DNA from: Escherichia phage vB_EcoM_112 | Sequence record: NC_024125.2 | DNA: 64,000 nt | Strand: one strand, 5' to 3' | Part shown: one piece after another, positions 51,547 through 60,300 of the stretch | How positions within the stretch are numbered: position 1 is the first letter of the stretch | Layout of the letters: each line of letters opens with the position of its first letter | Notes under the pieces: generated by a model | Databases searched by the model: none | Told to the model about the DNA's origin: nothing | What the model saw: the letters and a program-made list of their open reading frames with translations, nothing else | Position numbers and translations under genes: made by a program

Positions 51547-51951
51547 TCAATTTTCAATTTTACTAAATACACAGAATATGATGGAAAAGACTATATAAGC
51601 ACCGCATACAGATTGAACTAATACCATTCCAAAGAACCAAACAATATTATCAAACAATGTCTGTTTTACGTCGAAAGGACGTAAACTTACAGTAATATTA
51701 TCACCTTTTTCTATTGAAGAATACATCTCTGGTGAAATATATTCGCTAAATCTATAACCGTCATTTAGTTCATATACGGCAATAAACGATAAACTAGACC
51801 CCTTTCCTTGTGTTCCTGTAAAGGTATTAACTATAGTAACATCATAATCTTTATAATGCATATAATCATTAATTGCGTAATAACCATATGCAATTACTAT
51901 ACATAAACAACATATCAATAAATTCAATCTTTTAATTATCAACTGTTTCAT
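51547..51951 (-). CDS. membrane protein, 134 aa
   Basis: Hydrophobic segments at both ends. Confidence 0.55.
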   Translation of the reverse strand: MKQLIIKRLNLLICCLCIVIAYGYYAINDYMHYKDYDVTIVNTFTGTQGKGSSLSFIAVYELNDGYRFSEYISPEMYSSIEKGDNITVSLRPFDVKQTLFDNIVWFFGMVLVQSVCGAYIVFSIIFCVFSKIEN

Positions 51952-51980
51952 AATAATCTCAATTAAAAGGGCTTAGAACC

Positions 51981-52004
51981 ATTATACCATCCTTGGTATA
52001 AAGC
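51981..52004 (-). promoter_or_regulatory. candidate middle promoter (imperfect MotA box plus TATAAT)
   Basis: Transcript CGCTTTA, 12 nt, TATAAT. Confidence 0.35.
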
Positions 52005-52006
52005 GG

Positions 52007-52534
52007 TTATGCGAGTACCGTCTTTAACCGTTCTTCAAATTTCCGAAGAGTGTTCTGGCGTTCAGCTCTTTGCTTTTTGTAAGTTTCAATACGCTCTGAA
52101 ATGAGATTGTATCGTTCATTTACTGATTCTTTCATAAAATCAGGAATTTCACGAGAAGCTTTAATCTCGTCAAATTTATCAATAACAGCTTGCTCTTCAG
52201 CAATTAAGTTATCATACATCAAAATATCTTTCTTGATGAACTCAATATCTTCTTGAGTTACACGAGATAATTTAGATGCTTTATCCTTTTTGTACTGTTC
52301 GTTAGTATCACGAGACCAGTGTAATGTACGATTTTTATTCGTATTTTTGTAAATTTCTACAATACCAATCTCATCGATAATAACGATCCAATTCCAACGA
52401 GATTTGTAAATTTGTCCTCCATCAACCGTGATTTCACCTCCAATTGAGATGTCATTAAAGAACTTGCTTTGAGCTTCAGATTTAAATTTACCATCATTGT
52501 AGTTTACCAAGTTGAAAATATCTTTAGCATTCAT
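52007..52534 (-). CDS. hypothetical protein, about 175 aa
   Basis: ATG at 52532-52534 with GGAGG RBS; tracked N-terminus is translated promoter/leader. Confidence 0.55.
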   Translation of the reverse strand: MNAKDIFNLVNYNDGKFKSEAQSKFFNDISIGGEITVDGGQIYKSRWNWIVIIDEIGIVEIYKNTNKNRTLHWSRDTNEQYKKDKASKLSRVTQEDIEFIKKDILMYDNLIAEEQAVIDKFDEIKASREIPDFMKESVNERYNLISERIETYKKQRAERQNTLRKFEERLKTVLA

Positions 52535-52908
52535 TTTCTGTTCCTCCGTAGTTGATAGGGTAATAGTACCACGGAAGAACAGTCTTGTAAACAACTAAAA
52601 GAAACTTCTTTCACAATTTTTCCACTGAACCACGCGCTCACTGCTTTCTTAGTCTCAGGAGCGGTGTTATCCATAAACCATTCAAAGGCAGCCTTTTTAT
52701 GATTCTGGAGGGCTTCTCGGGCTTTAATCTGCTCACGGTCTATTAACACTAACATATGAGCCTTTCTTGTCACCAGGGGCTTCTTATGATTTTTTGAATA
52801 CTCCCAATCATTTGTCCATCGCATCGTTGTTGCGAATTGAAGTACAGCTTCCTTAATCTTAGTTTCGTAAATTTCACGAGCCTTTGAGTATAACATCATT
52901 ACCTCCAT
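52531..52908 (-). CDS. hypothetical protein, 125 aa
   Basis: ORF track; 3' end contains the downstream early promoter. Confidence 0.5.
   Translation of the reverse strand: MEVMMLYSKAREIYETKIKEAVLQFATTMRWTNDWEYSKNHKKPLVTRKAHMLVLIDREQIKAREALQNHKKAAFEWFMDNTAPETKKAVSAWFSGKIVKEVSFSCLQDCSSVVLLPYQLRRNRK
52563..52592 (-). promoter_or_regulatory. T4-type early promoter (GTTTAC-N18-TACTAT)
   Basis: Plus gtaaac 52587-52592, atagta 52563-52568. Confidence 0.55.
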
Positions 52909-52997
52909 TTACTAGTTTAATTCTAGTCATCTTTTTGATGGCAGTCCATATAATCTATTTCTGAACTGCCTTTTTGTCATAGAAGGCCTCTTATGAA

Positions 52998-53966
52998 TTA
53001 TTTCAGAAGAGTAACCTCAGCAATTTCTCCCCAACCATTTTTGTCGGTCATAATAAAGTCAGCAAGATAAAGAGCAGTACGCAGTGAAACATTGCGTAAA
53101 CGATTAACATTGACTTTCATCCATGATAATGCTTTATAAGTTTCTTCATCAGAAAGACCACGCTTTTGCATCATGTCGGTTGAAAGAATAACATCTTCAA
53201 CCCTGACCATAATTTCTTCATTAGTGTGAACACCCAAATCTAAATAAACTGAGCGGGAAACTAATGCTTGTAAATGTGGAGCAAGTTTAGTACCACGGTC
53301 TAATTCGCGGTCAATGTCAACGTTTGTGATAAAAACAATCGTTCCTTTAAATTCAAACTCACGCTCAATGCCTTTTTCTTCTAAGTAAGAAGATGCGGTA
53401 CTCCAGCAGACTTTACGGGTCTCTCCAGTGTCCAGAGCAGCTTTCAGAAGATTAAGAATGTCCATATCAGAGAAAACATCCACATCATCAATCAAAAGGA
53501 CAGAATTCTCTTCACGATTATTCCAAAGCTGCTCATAAAGACCAATACCAGAGATTTTACCGTTAATGCTTTTATATTCAATGTATCCATTATCATTTGC
53601 TTTATTTAAAGCTTTATCTAAAGAATACGTTTTACCAATACCTGCTGCACCAGAGATAATTAATGAACGAATGTTTCCGTTAATAATACCATTCGTCATC
53701 ATTCCCATAACATTAAATCTTTTATTAATGCGGGTTTTCATATCTTCATATGATTCTTTAACTTCTTCAACTTTTACACCATCATATGAAATGTCTGATT
53801 TGTAAACCCAAACACCGCGACGTTTACCGTCAATTTCAACAAAAACTTTACCATCTCCTTGTGCATCTACCGGAGCATTATCTGGGAACCATTCGCCTAA
53901 GAGCTCAAAAGTTCCAGAGATTTCTTTACCGAAGTAGATACCCTTATTGATAGTTACAGTTTTCAT
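52998..53966 (-). CDS. P-loop ATPase (AAA-like), about 322 aa
   Basis: Walker A GAAGIGKT, Walker B LLIDDVD; ATG at 53964-53966. Confidence 0.65.
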   Translation of the reverse strand: MKTVTINKGIYFGKEISGTFELLGEWFPDNAPVDAQGDGKVFVEIDGKRRGVWVYKSDISYDGVKVEEVKESYEDMKTRINKRFNVMGMMTNGIINGNIRSLIISGAAGIGKTYSLDKALNKANDNGYIEYKSINGKISGIGLYEQLWNNREENSVLLIDDVDVFSDMDILNLLKAALDTGETRKVCWSTASSYLEEKGIEREFEFKGTIVFITNVDIDRELDRGTKLAPHLQALVSRSVYLDLGVHTNEEIMVRVEDVILSTDMMQKRGLSDEETYKALSWMKVNVNRLRNVSLRTALYLADFIMTDKNGWGEIAEVTLLK

Positions 53967-54003
53967 TTTATTCTCCAAATCTGTATCAGTAGTTGATAGT
54001 TGT

Positions 54004-54033
54004 ATAGTACCATAAAGCTTTATGCTTGTAAAC
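54004..54033 (-). promoter_or_regulatory. T4-type early promoter within a repeated promoter-leader cassette
   Basis: Plus gtaaac 54028-54033, atagta 54004-54009; leader near-identical to the one at 26792-26835. Confidence 0.55.
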
Positions 54034-54063
54034 AACTTTGTGAAAAATTTTTGAAATAAAAAA

Positions 54064-54081
54064 GGGAGCCCGAAGGCTCCC
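54064..54081 (-). terminator. CUUCGG tetraloop hairpin after the nucleotidyltransferase-like ORF
   Basis: GGGAGCC-UUCG-GGCUCCC on transcript. Confidence 0.55.
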
Positions 54082-54083
54082 TA

Positions 54084-55097
54084 TCATTTATAATAACTTC
54101 GGTGGTTTTCAAGATAGACCTTCTCAAGGAAGTCATCCCAGAAACTCATGTCTACTTTTTGCTGCATACCGTTCTTAGAAGCTTCAGTAGATGCTGCTTC
54201 TACTTGATCGACCGCATCTTCCAAAAACTCTTGAACGGTTTTAAATGGATGTTTACCCAACTTCACGTCGAGAATAAATGGAGCATCTTGGAGTGGATAA
54301 ATCAAGTCGCCAGTTTTGTAAATTTCCAATAGTTGAAGTCCACCACGGCAAGCATGGCTCAGAGCTTTCCAGTCAATACCTTCGTTGGCTTCAGCCTTAC
54401 GAGCGCGTTCACCGTATTCAGCATCTAATTTGTTCAGTGACTGCTTAAGCTCAATAAGAGAAAGAGTTGTCTGATATTTACGACCCAACACTGTGTAAAA
54501 CGTCTGTGGGCCTGTTTTCTCATGATTATGGAACACCCATTCACAGAATTCGTTTTCTGGAAGACGATGCTTAATATCTTCAACTTTAGTACGACGCTGC
54601 TTAATAGAACCATCTTCTTGGTAATCAACCCATTGCTCAGGGATTTGATTAACTACTTTCAATACATCACGTAATGCAGCCAAACGAGAACCCTTGACAC
54701 CGTATTTAGAAGCTTGCTTGCGGACATATCCTAAATATGATTTCATGTTAGTCGTATAAAAACGAGAACGGTTGTCTTGGATAAACTTCCACACATCAGG
54801 CAAATCAGATTTAACCACTAGTTCAGGTGGAGTGTGAAGCATATCTAATGCTACGGTTTCACCATCTGCTGCTAATTTAAAGAAATACTTAAGACTGTAT
54901 AGTTCATGGTCAATATCATCTTTAGTGTTTTTAGATGATGTGTTGTTGGTATTTTTACTCATATGCTCTTTGACGTTTCCGATAAGAATATCGCGAGCAG
55001 GAGGAACAAAGATTTCTTTAAAATCTAAGTCAGATTCTGGGGTAGAAGTTCCATACAGATGACTACCAAAATAGCTTTTCATTACTGTTTTCATCAT
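54084..55097 (-). CDS. nucleotidyltransferase-fold protein, 337 aa
   Basis: N-terminal GSHLYGTSTPESDLD resembles the GS...DxD motif of Pol-beta-type NTases. Confidence 0.55.
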   Translation of the reverse strand: MMKTVMKSYFGSHLYGTSTPESDLDFKEIFVPPARDILIGNVKEHMSKNTNNTSSKNTKDDIDHELYSLKYFFKLAADGETVALDMLHTPPELVVKSDLPDVWKFIQDNRSRFYTTNMKSYLGYVRKQASKYGVKGSRLAALRDVLKVVNQIPEQWVDYQEDGSIKQRRTKVEDIKHRLPENEFCEWVFHNHEKTGPQTFYTVLGRKYQTTLSLIELKQSLNKLDAEYGERARKAEANEGIDWKALSHACRGGLQLLEIYKTGDLIYPLQDAPFILDVKLGKHPFKTVQEFLEDAVDQVEAASTEASKNGMQQKVDMSFWDDFLEKVYLENHRSYYK

Positions 55098-55555
55098 TCA
55101 GCCTTATATTCAATAACAGGACATACTTTAGCTTTACGCGCTTTTAAAAATTCGACGATAATCGATTTCTTTGGTTGAATAGGAGGTAAACCTTTATACG
55201 CCCTATCAATATTTTCTAGGTGTAAAGCATAATCCTTTTTCCATTTATAATCTTTATATTTTTCACGCAAATGTGCAGGAATAACAAATGAACCGATAAT
55301 AAGTAAAACAACCAAAAGCGCAAGTATAAATGCCGATGGAAGAAGAGTCCATAAACTACCGAAAATAAGCCAACGTTGTAGGCTTTCTGCACAAATAATT
55401 GTTAACCCTACGAGTATAGCACACCCAAAAATAGAAACGAAAAATGTAGGAATGACAATAGACCAAAAATATGCGCATAGTGTCTTAGGTCGTTGCCATT
55501 CATCGTTAAACAATTTGAATAATTTATAGTGCCAAGAGTTTTCATTAATAATCAT
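55094..55555 (-). CDS. membrane protein, 153 aa
   Basis: Multiple hydrophobic segments. Confidence 0.55.
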   Translation of the reverse strand: MIINENSWHYKLFKLFNDEWQRPKTLCAYFWSIVIPTFFVSIFGCAILVGLTIICAESLQRWLIFGSLWTLLPSAFILALLVVLLIIGSFVIPAHLREKYKDYKWKKDYALHLENIDRAYKGLPPIQPKKSIIVEFLKARKAKVCPVIEYKAE

Positions 55556-55557
55556 AA

Positions 55558-56079
55558 TTATCCTTTCATTGAAGGCGTAACGGTTGTTAAATACTTAATC
55601 ATAGCTTCAGCTTCTGATTTTGATAATGAAATTTCTCCATTGTTTTGACGAATAGAAATAAAATCCGGATGACGGTCACCACCAGCTTTTAAAACACACA
55701 TATAAGTATCAACTTCGCCTTCAATATTTGAAATGATTGAAGCAGTTCCACATGAATGCGGTTTTTGATAAATCAATACAGCTTTTCTTCCACCGTTTGA
55801 CTGCTCATAGGCTTTTAATACATCAAGCAAATCAGTTCTTTTATCAATAGCTAAAATGTTGTTTTCATCTTCAATGTTAAATCCTTCGGATACTTCATAA
55901 AGCGTTACCCATAAATCACCAATGTCAATAACAGCATTTACTTTTCCACGGCTTTTAAGAGTATGACAAATTTTCTTGATTTCGTCATAACTCATTTTAA
56001 TAATATCATCTCCTTGACTAAGGAAGATGTCATTTTTAAATTCAACACGAATTAAACCACTTCCACTTGAAATAAACAT
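55558..56079 (-). CDS. hypothetical protein, 173 aa; paralog of 56086..56640
   Basis: Shared C-terminal motif (KYLTTVTPSM vs TYLDSVIPTM). Confidence 0.55.
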   Translation of the reverse strand: MFISSGSGLIRVEFKNDIFLSQGDDIIKMSYDEIKKICHTLKSRGKVNAVIDIGDLWVTLYEVSEGFNIEDENNILAIDKRTDLLDVLKAYEQSNGGRKAVLIYQKPHSCGTASIISNIEGEVDTYMCVLKAGGDRHPDFISIRQNNGEISLSKSEAEAMIKYLTTVTPSMKG

Positions 56080-56085
56080 ATTTCC

Positions 56086-56640
56086 TCACTTTGAAATCAT
56101 AGTTGGAATAACAGAATCAAGATAAGTCTTTAGTGCAATAGCTTCGTCTTTGGTAAATGTGACAATATGTGCTCGAGAATCATCAATTTGGCGAACAAGT
56201 ACGACATCGCCATCTTCATAAGAAGTCTTGACATCCAAAGTCGTAGTATAATTTGCAGCTACTGGATTAATAATGCTAGCACCGCGATCTTTAGCCCATT
56301 GAAGTTTAGCCTTTTCGGGTGTTTCGACTGTTTCAGATTCCAAGAATTCTTTCACCTTGGCAACGAATGTTGCCCAATTGTTGATAGAAAGACACATAAA
56401 TTCAGTTTCAATATTACCGCCGTAAAGGCCACGATAAAAACGAACTTGGAGGTCGCCTGTAATATTAGTTACACCGGTAACTCCTGAGGGAGCATAAGAT
56501 AAAATCGCAGCCAGTTCCATAGGAAGAATAGTAATACTATCGTCTTCCTGCGTCAGAACGTATACATTATCACGTTTTTCGATAACCAGGTCACCGAACA
56601 AATCAGTTGTTTCAATTACAGCTTTCATATTATTTACCAA
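56086..56640 (-). CDS. hypothetical protein, 184 aa; paralog of 55558..56079
   Basis: ORF track. Confidence 0.55.
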   Translation of the reverse strand: MVNNMKAVIETTDLFGDLVIEKRDNVYVLTQEDDSITILPMELAAILSYAPSGVTGVTNITGDLQVRFYRGLYGGNIETEFMCLSINNWATFVAKVKEFLESETVETPEKAKLQWAKDRGASIINPVAANYTTTLDVKTSYEDGDVVLVRQIDDSRAHIVTFTKDEAIALKTYLDSVIPTMISK

Positions 56641-56815
56641 TTAAAGTTTCAATATAAGAATCAAGATTTACTTTAGCTTCTTCCATAAGAGTTTTGTATT
56701 TAATCTTGTTAGCATGTCCGGAGAAAGCTGATTCATCAATAATTGTTGATGTATGAACAGCTTTACTATACGTCTCAATTAATTCTCTTAATTTAAAAGC
56801 CTGCTCACTTGTCAT
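56630..56815 (-). CDS. small helical protein, 61 aa, member of a ~60-aa paralog family
   Basis: N-terminus MTSEQAFKLRELIETY. Confidence 0.5.
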   Translation of the reverse strand: MTSEQAFKLRELIETYSKAVHTSTIIDESAFSGHANKIKYKTLMEEAKVNLDSYIETLIGK

Positions 56816-56947
56816 TACATACTCCTTTGAATAATATCAATAATGTTGTTCACCAGATTATAAGTAAACATTGGATAATTATATTGAATCATCACATACA
56901 CAACAAACAAAACTTTCATTCTCTTCTCCTTGACAGTTGGCAAGATT

Positions 56948-56977
56948 ACTATACCATAACCTTGCCAACTTGTAAAC
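56948..56977 (-). promoter_or_regulatory. T4-type early promoter (GTTTAC-N18-TATAGT)
   Basis: Plus gtaaac 56972-56977, actata 56948-56953. Confidence 0.5.
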
Positions 56978-56979
56978 CA

Positions 56980-57153
56980 TTAAATGACGTTTTCGATAAA
57001 ATTCTGAAGCTTTGTGTGAGCATCAACCATGATTTTCATTTCTTCCTTTGCGAAAGCTGTACCTCTTTCCCGAGAAGAACACTCATAGTCAGAAACTGCA
57101 TTAGCATATTCTTCAATTAGCTTCATTAAAAACATCTGCTTTTCAGTTTTCAT
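56980..57153 (-). CDS. hypothetical small protein, 57 aa; not in ORF track
   Basis: Translated codon by codon: ATG 57151-57153 to TAA 56980-56982. Confidence 0.4.
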   Translation of the reverse strand: MKTEKQMFLMKLIEEYANAVSDYECSSRERGTAFAKEEMKIMVDAHTKLQNFIENVI

Positions 57154-57337
57154 TATTCCACCTAATCATTTCAAGATATTGAACTAACTTAGCTTTAGAT
57201 TTATCCAAATCCCTTTTAGCTGATTCTATACCTTCGTATGAATATCCTTCACAATGCTCAACTGCCAATTGATATGAATCTATTTCAATATCACGTGCTA
57301 ATTTAATGATTTTTTCAAACTGTTCGCGTGTTAGCAT
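57143..57337 (-). CDS. small helical protein, 64 aa, paralog family member
   Basis: N-terminus MLTREQFEKIIKLARDI. Confidence 0.5.
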   Translation of the reverse strand: MLTREQFEKIIKLARDIEIDSYQLAVEHCEGYSYEGIESAKRDLDKSKAKLVQYLEMIRWNNEN

Positions 57338-57339
57338 AA

Positions 57340-57522
57340 TTAAACTCTCGTATTATGATCGATAATTTCATCAAGAAACATATCTAACGCTTCTAAAGCA
57401 TTATCAACTTTAGCTTCAAGTTCATCAATACCTGATAAGGCAAAATTAATGCGCTCCTCATCTGCTTTGCGAATTAAAGCTACCAATTCTTTAAGTTTAT
57501 CTGCTTGTTCTATACTAATCAT
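57340..57522 (-). CDS. small helical protein, about 60 aa, paralog family member
   Basis: ATG at 57520-57522; [17 protein letters not shown]. Confidence 0.45.
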   Translation of the reverse strand: MISIEQADKLKELVALIRKADEERINFALSGIDELEAKVDNALEALDMFLDEIIDHNTRV

Positions 57523-57710
57523 TATTCCACCACATATGAAAGAGAGAATATTGCACACGCCATATGAGTTGCAACTTCATCACACATATTATAACGTTTC
57601 TTAAGAAGTTCTACAAGTTCTTCACTAGTAACTTCATCCATGTCGACGAAAAAATCACCATTAATGATGACGTAGATATTTCCTTCTTGATTAAGTGCTT
57701 CAATTTTCAT
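57522..57710 (-). CDS. hypothetical small protein, about 62 aa
   Basis: ATG at 57708-57710 with AGGAG RBS; tracked start is TTG inside the promoter. Confidence 0.5.
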
Positions 57711-57738
57711 GATGTTCTCCTCTTTATCCGATGGTTGT

Positions 57739-57768
57739 ATAGTATCACAGCTCAAATGGAAAGTAAAC
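57739..57768 (-). promoter_or_regulatory. T4-type early promoter (GTTTAC-N18-TACTAT)
   Basis: Plus gtaaac 57763-57768, atagta 57739-57744. Confidence 0.55.
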
Positions 57769-57784
57769 CGGTAAAATGAAAAAA

Positions 57785-57800
57785 GTCTCCCGAAGGAGAC
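57785..57800 (-). terminator. intrinsic terminator-like CUUCGG hairpin
   Basis: GUCUCC-UUCG-GGAGAC on transcript followed by UUUUUUCAUUUU. Confidence 0.65.
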
Positions 57801-57805
57801 TAATG

Positions 57806-58192
57806 TTATTCGAGGGAAAGAAGATATTTACTTTGATAAAACATTCCAGTAATATCATCTATCGTACTTTGAATGGCTGGAGGCATTTCTTTGTAAATGC
57901 TGTTAGATTGGTCTAGTATACGATCAATCATTTTAATTGTGTCGGTAGGAAGTTTACTGGCATCCGGAATTGAAGGAGTGTATTTTCTACCAGAATACCC
58001 CAAATACTGCTCACCAAATTTATCAATCAAATCTGGCAACTCAGAGAAAATAAAATCGTATGCTTTGTGTCTAGCATAACTTTTAGTTTCAAAATGTGCA
58101 GAATGAAAATAAGCTTGTGCAGCCATTAATAAACCTAAGTATTCATCTGCCTTTGAAGGTTTTCCACTTTGTGAAAAGTCGCTGAATTTCAT
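57806..58192 (-). CDS. hypothetical protein, 128 aa
   Basis: ORF track. Confidence 0.55.
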
Positions 58193-58482
58193 TCAGTCTC
58201 CAATTTAATGTTCATAATTCTAGCGTATGATTGTGCCATCTCCGCGCCTCGTTCTATACATTCAAAATCAGAAGAGCATGGGTCATTTTTATAGGTCGTT
58301 CTCATAAAACTATAGAATTGTTCAGACGATTCTACGCTTTTATTTTCAAAAAGCATATAAACGTGCCTAATACCAGATTCCATAAATTTATCAAAATGAG
58401 GATCGACATTCGCTTCAATCGATGGAGATAAAACAAATGACAATCCTAGCATGGCAAAAAGTGCCGTTGCTTTTAAGGCCAT
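58189..58482 (-). CDS. rI: lysis inhibition protein RI, 97 aa
   Basis: N-terminal signal anchor MALKATALFAMLGLSFVLSPSIEA; length. Confidence 0.85.
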   Translation of the reverse strand: MALKATALFAMLGLSFVLSPSIEANVDPHFDKFMESGIRHVYMLFENKSVESSEQFYSFMRTTYKNDPCSSDFECIERGAEMAQSYARIMNIKLETE

Positions 58483-58494
58483 AAAGGCCTCCTA

Positions 58495-58707
58495 TCATTT
58501 TTGTCCTGTATTTACTTTATGCCGATGCACGGCCTTAACTTTATCAAGGTATTTTTCAAAATTTCGCAATCTAGTATAGTCTGCCGGAGATTGATTGAGT
58601 GATACTTCTCGACGCAAAGCTGAAATGATATTTCCAACTTCCCTACGAATTTCATCTAATTGAAGCACAGTAAGATTGCGAAGTTGCTTTTCAGTTAATT
58701 GTAGCAT
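58495..58707 (-). CDS. hypothetical protein, 70 aa
   Basis: ORF track. Confidence 0.5.
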
Positions 58708-58749
58708 ATATACCCCTTTAGTTAGATAAACCTATTTATAACTTTTGCA

Positions 58750-59331
58750 CTAACCGAGCTTTTTAGTTAATTCATTCCAATGTTTTCTACACAAAGAAAC
58801 ATAAATTTCATCACCAATACAGATTTGATTACCTTCTTTAACTGGTGTTCCATCTTCCATTAATCGAGCTGTCATAATCGCTTTTTTGCCGCAATGACAA
58901 ACTGCCTTTAGTTCAATAAGTTTATCTGCAATCGCTAAAAGTTCTTTAGAACCTTCAAACAATTTTCCAGCGAAATCAGTCCTTAATCCATAAGCCATAA
59001 CAGGAACATTATATGTATCAACAATTCGGCTCAATTGATGCACCTGTTCAGTTTTTAAAAACTGGGCTTCATCTACAAATACGCAATGAATATCTTTTTG
59101 TGCTTCAGCCCATTTATAGAACTCGAAAATATCCATATCATCTGTAATAATATTTGCTTCCTGCCTAATTCCAATGCGAGAAACGACTTCACAGACAGAA
59201 TCGCGAGTATCAATAGCAGGCTTAAGAACTAATACACTCATTCCACGTTCTTTATAATTATGTGCAGCAGTCAAAAGAGAAGCAGATTTTCCAGCATTCA
59301 TTGCTGCATAAGTAAAAATTAAACTCGCCAT
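58750..59331 (-). CDS. tk: thymidine kinase, 193 aa
   Basis: P-loop AAMNAGKS; C-terminal zinc ligands CHCG...C..H; length. Confidence 0.9.
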   Translation of the reverse strand: MASLIFTYAAMNAGKSASLLTAAHNYKERGMSVLVLKPAIDTRDSVCEVVSRIGIRQEANIITDDMDIFEFYKWAEAQKDIHCVFVDEAQFLKTEQVHQLSRIVDTYNVPVMAYGLRTDFAGKLFEGSKELLAIADKLIELKAVCHCGKKAIMTARLMEDGTPVKEGNQICIGDEIYVSLCRKHWNELTKKLG

Positions 59332-59332
59332 C

Positions 59333-59521
59333 TTAGTCCTTAGTTAAATTTTCTAAATATGTTTCTAAATCATTTTCAGCTTTATCGATAGATTTTACTA
59401 ATTCGTAATATGTTTCGGCATCTCCATATTCAGAAGATATTTCAAAAGACAAATCCTTTTCTAAACTAATAATTTCACCAACTAAAAATAATATTTCGTT
59501 CTTTTGTTCGCGAGTAATCAT
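59333..59521 (-). CDS. small helical protein, 62 aa, paralog family member
   Basis: N-terminus MITREQKNEILFLVGEI. Confidence 0.5.
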   Translation of the reverse strand: MITREQKNEILFLVGEIISLEKDLSFEISSEYGDAETYYELVKSIDKAENDLETYLENLTKD

Positions 59522-59703
59522 AAGGAATTTATATAATTAATAAGTTCTTGTTCTTTATTATCGAATTCTTTAGAAAGTTCTTCGTACTCGTTTGCACTAA
59601 AAGGACCGCATTCATTACAAACTTTTTCCAATTCGCTATTTTTATCCATAACTTCGTGGATAAGAGAAAAGAGTTTGTCTTTTTGTTCTTTGCTTAGGCT
59701 CAT
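59518..59703 (-). CDS. small helical protein, 61 aa, paralog family member
   Basis: N-terminus MSLSKEQKDKLFSLIHEV. Confidence 0.5.
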   Translation of the reverse strand: MSLSKEQKDKLFSLIHEVMDKNSELEKVCNECGPFSANEYEELSKEFDNKEQELINYINSL

Positions 59704-59873
59704 ATATTAATTTCCAGAAGTTTTAAAATAATTCGCTTTTGCTTAAATATTTCCATAGTTAAATGATCAGTATCTTTTTGACCAATTCCAATGGCAAAAC
59801 CTTTATTAGCAGCGAGTTCAATTAAATTATCAAGTTCACGTAACACTTCGTACTGTAACTCAGAACTATTCAT
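59700..59873 (-). CDS. hypothetical small protein, 57 aa; not in ORF track
   Basis: Translated codon by codon: ATG 59871-59873 to TGA 59700-59702. Confidence 0.4.
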   Translation of the reverse strand: MNSSELQYEVLRELDNLIELAANKGFAIGIGQKDTDHLTMEIFKQKRIILKLLEINI

Positions 59874-60082
59874 TTCGGTTTACCTTCTTTAACGAAATCT
59901 GGATAAGGATAAAATCCCGAATAAAATCCTTCACCTTTATGATTGACGCATCCTTTATTAGAACAATAGCACCAATAATCGAAATCACAAGCCATTTCAT
60001 CGTTGCATAAAGCAAAAACAACCGGCCACTTACACTTTTCACAATGGGCATTTTTAAGAATACTAGTTTGGCTCATAACCAT
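59870..60082 (-). CDS. cysteine-rich small protein, 70 aa
   Basis: Eight Cys, CEKCKW...CYCSNKGC. Confidence 0.5.
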   Translation of the reverse strand: MVMSQTSILKNAHCEKCKWPVVFALCNDEMACDFDYWCYCSNKGCVNHKGEGFYSGFYPYPDFVKEGKPK

Positions 60083-60300
60083 GTCACCTTTAAGCAGTAT
60101 TCTTCTACATGCTGTTTACGACCTTTCTTATCAATAAAGGTATATTCAACGAATGTTCCAATGTAGTCTTTATCTACATCATGTGGACTATTAATTGGAC
60201 ATTTAGTACGGCAAATGCGTTCCCATTGACGAATAATTACTGCCTTATTCTTTGGGTCATACGGATGTGGATAATGTATATTCATAATAACGGTTCCCAA
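60073..60300 (-). CDS. hypothetical protein, 75 aa
   Basis: ORF track. Confidence 0.5.
   Translation of the reverse strand: MGTVIMNIHYPHPYDPKNKAVIIRQWERICRTKCPINSPHDVDKDYIGTFVEYTFIDKKGRKQHVEEYCLKVTWL

Noticed and set aside
52998-54035. Tracked N-terminal extensions such as MFTSIKLYGTIQLSTT, MFTRLFFRGTITLSTT and MENEM
   Set aside because: They start at TTG/GTG inside promoter/leader repeats; internal ATGs with proper RBS give the real starts.
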